From: Octopus sinensis
Taxonomy: Eukaryota
Direction: 5' to 3'
Assembly: GCF_006345805.1 (NCBI RefSeq)
Contig: NW_021828986.1
Location: forward strand, 1 to 7,045
DNA: 7,045 nt
The notes beneath the pieces were generated by a model. The model made no database searches and was not told the DNA's origin. It saw nothing but the letters and a program-made list of their open reading frames with translations. The position numbers and the translations under genes were made by a program. This document shows positions 6,904-7,045 of the stretch, piece after piece. Position 1 is the stretch's first letter. Each line of letters begins with the position of its first letter.

Positions 6904-7045
6904 TACTGTCAACTTAACGTGACAGTAGGGGATTACATCACCGCTGTTTAGTCCTAGGAAGAATCGACAGGAAGCGTCGATGCTTCCTAGGGCTAAACAG
7001 CGGTAGTGTAATTCCCTACGGGACTGTCACGTTAAGTTGACAGTA
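6904..7045. mobile_element. TA-flanked fold-back (hairpin) miniature element
   Basis: 6904-6926 is the exact reverse complement of 7023-7045 (23 bp). Inner arms 6927-6968 and 6976-7022 pair imperfectly, with a 5-bp deletion on the left. 7-nt loop AGGAAGC (6969-6975). TA at 6904-05 and 7044-45. Confidence 0.8.

Overview
AT-rich eukaryotic non-coding DNA, probably intronic or intergenic, made almost entirely of repeats. No intact protein-coding gene is supported: the listed ORFs come from microsatellites or lie within or antisense to repeats. The SINEs and (TA)n/(CA)n/(TACA)n tracts look like octopus (coleoid cephalopod) genomic DNA, which is recognition from memory and not a database result. 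The window contains: (i) a tandem trimer of a TTAA-flanked piggyBac-type MITE (1-683); (ii) three tRNA-derived SINE families, including a headless tandem array and a chimera; (iii) several TA-flanked miniature inverted-repeat or fold-back elements; (iv) a decayed hAT transposon 3' half with a readable transposase relic, whose end forms a ~335-bp tail-to-tail inverted repeat plus further copies; (v) a degenerate type I hammerhead ribozyme motif with a palindromic helix III beside a (TA)n tract (2977-3074); and (vi) a terminal ~140-bp hairpin element whose ends resemble 7-8-7 recombinase sites. Identities were counted by eye and are approximate.
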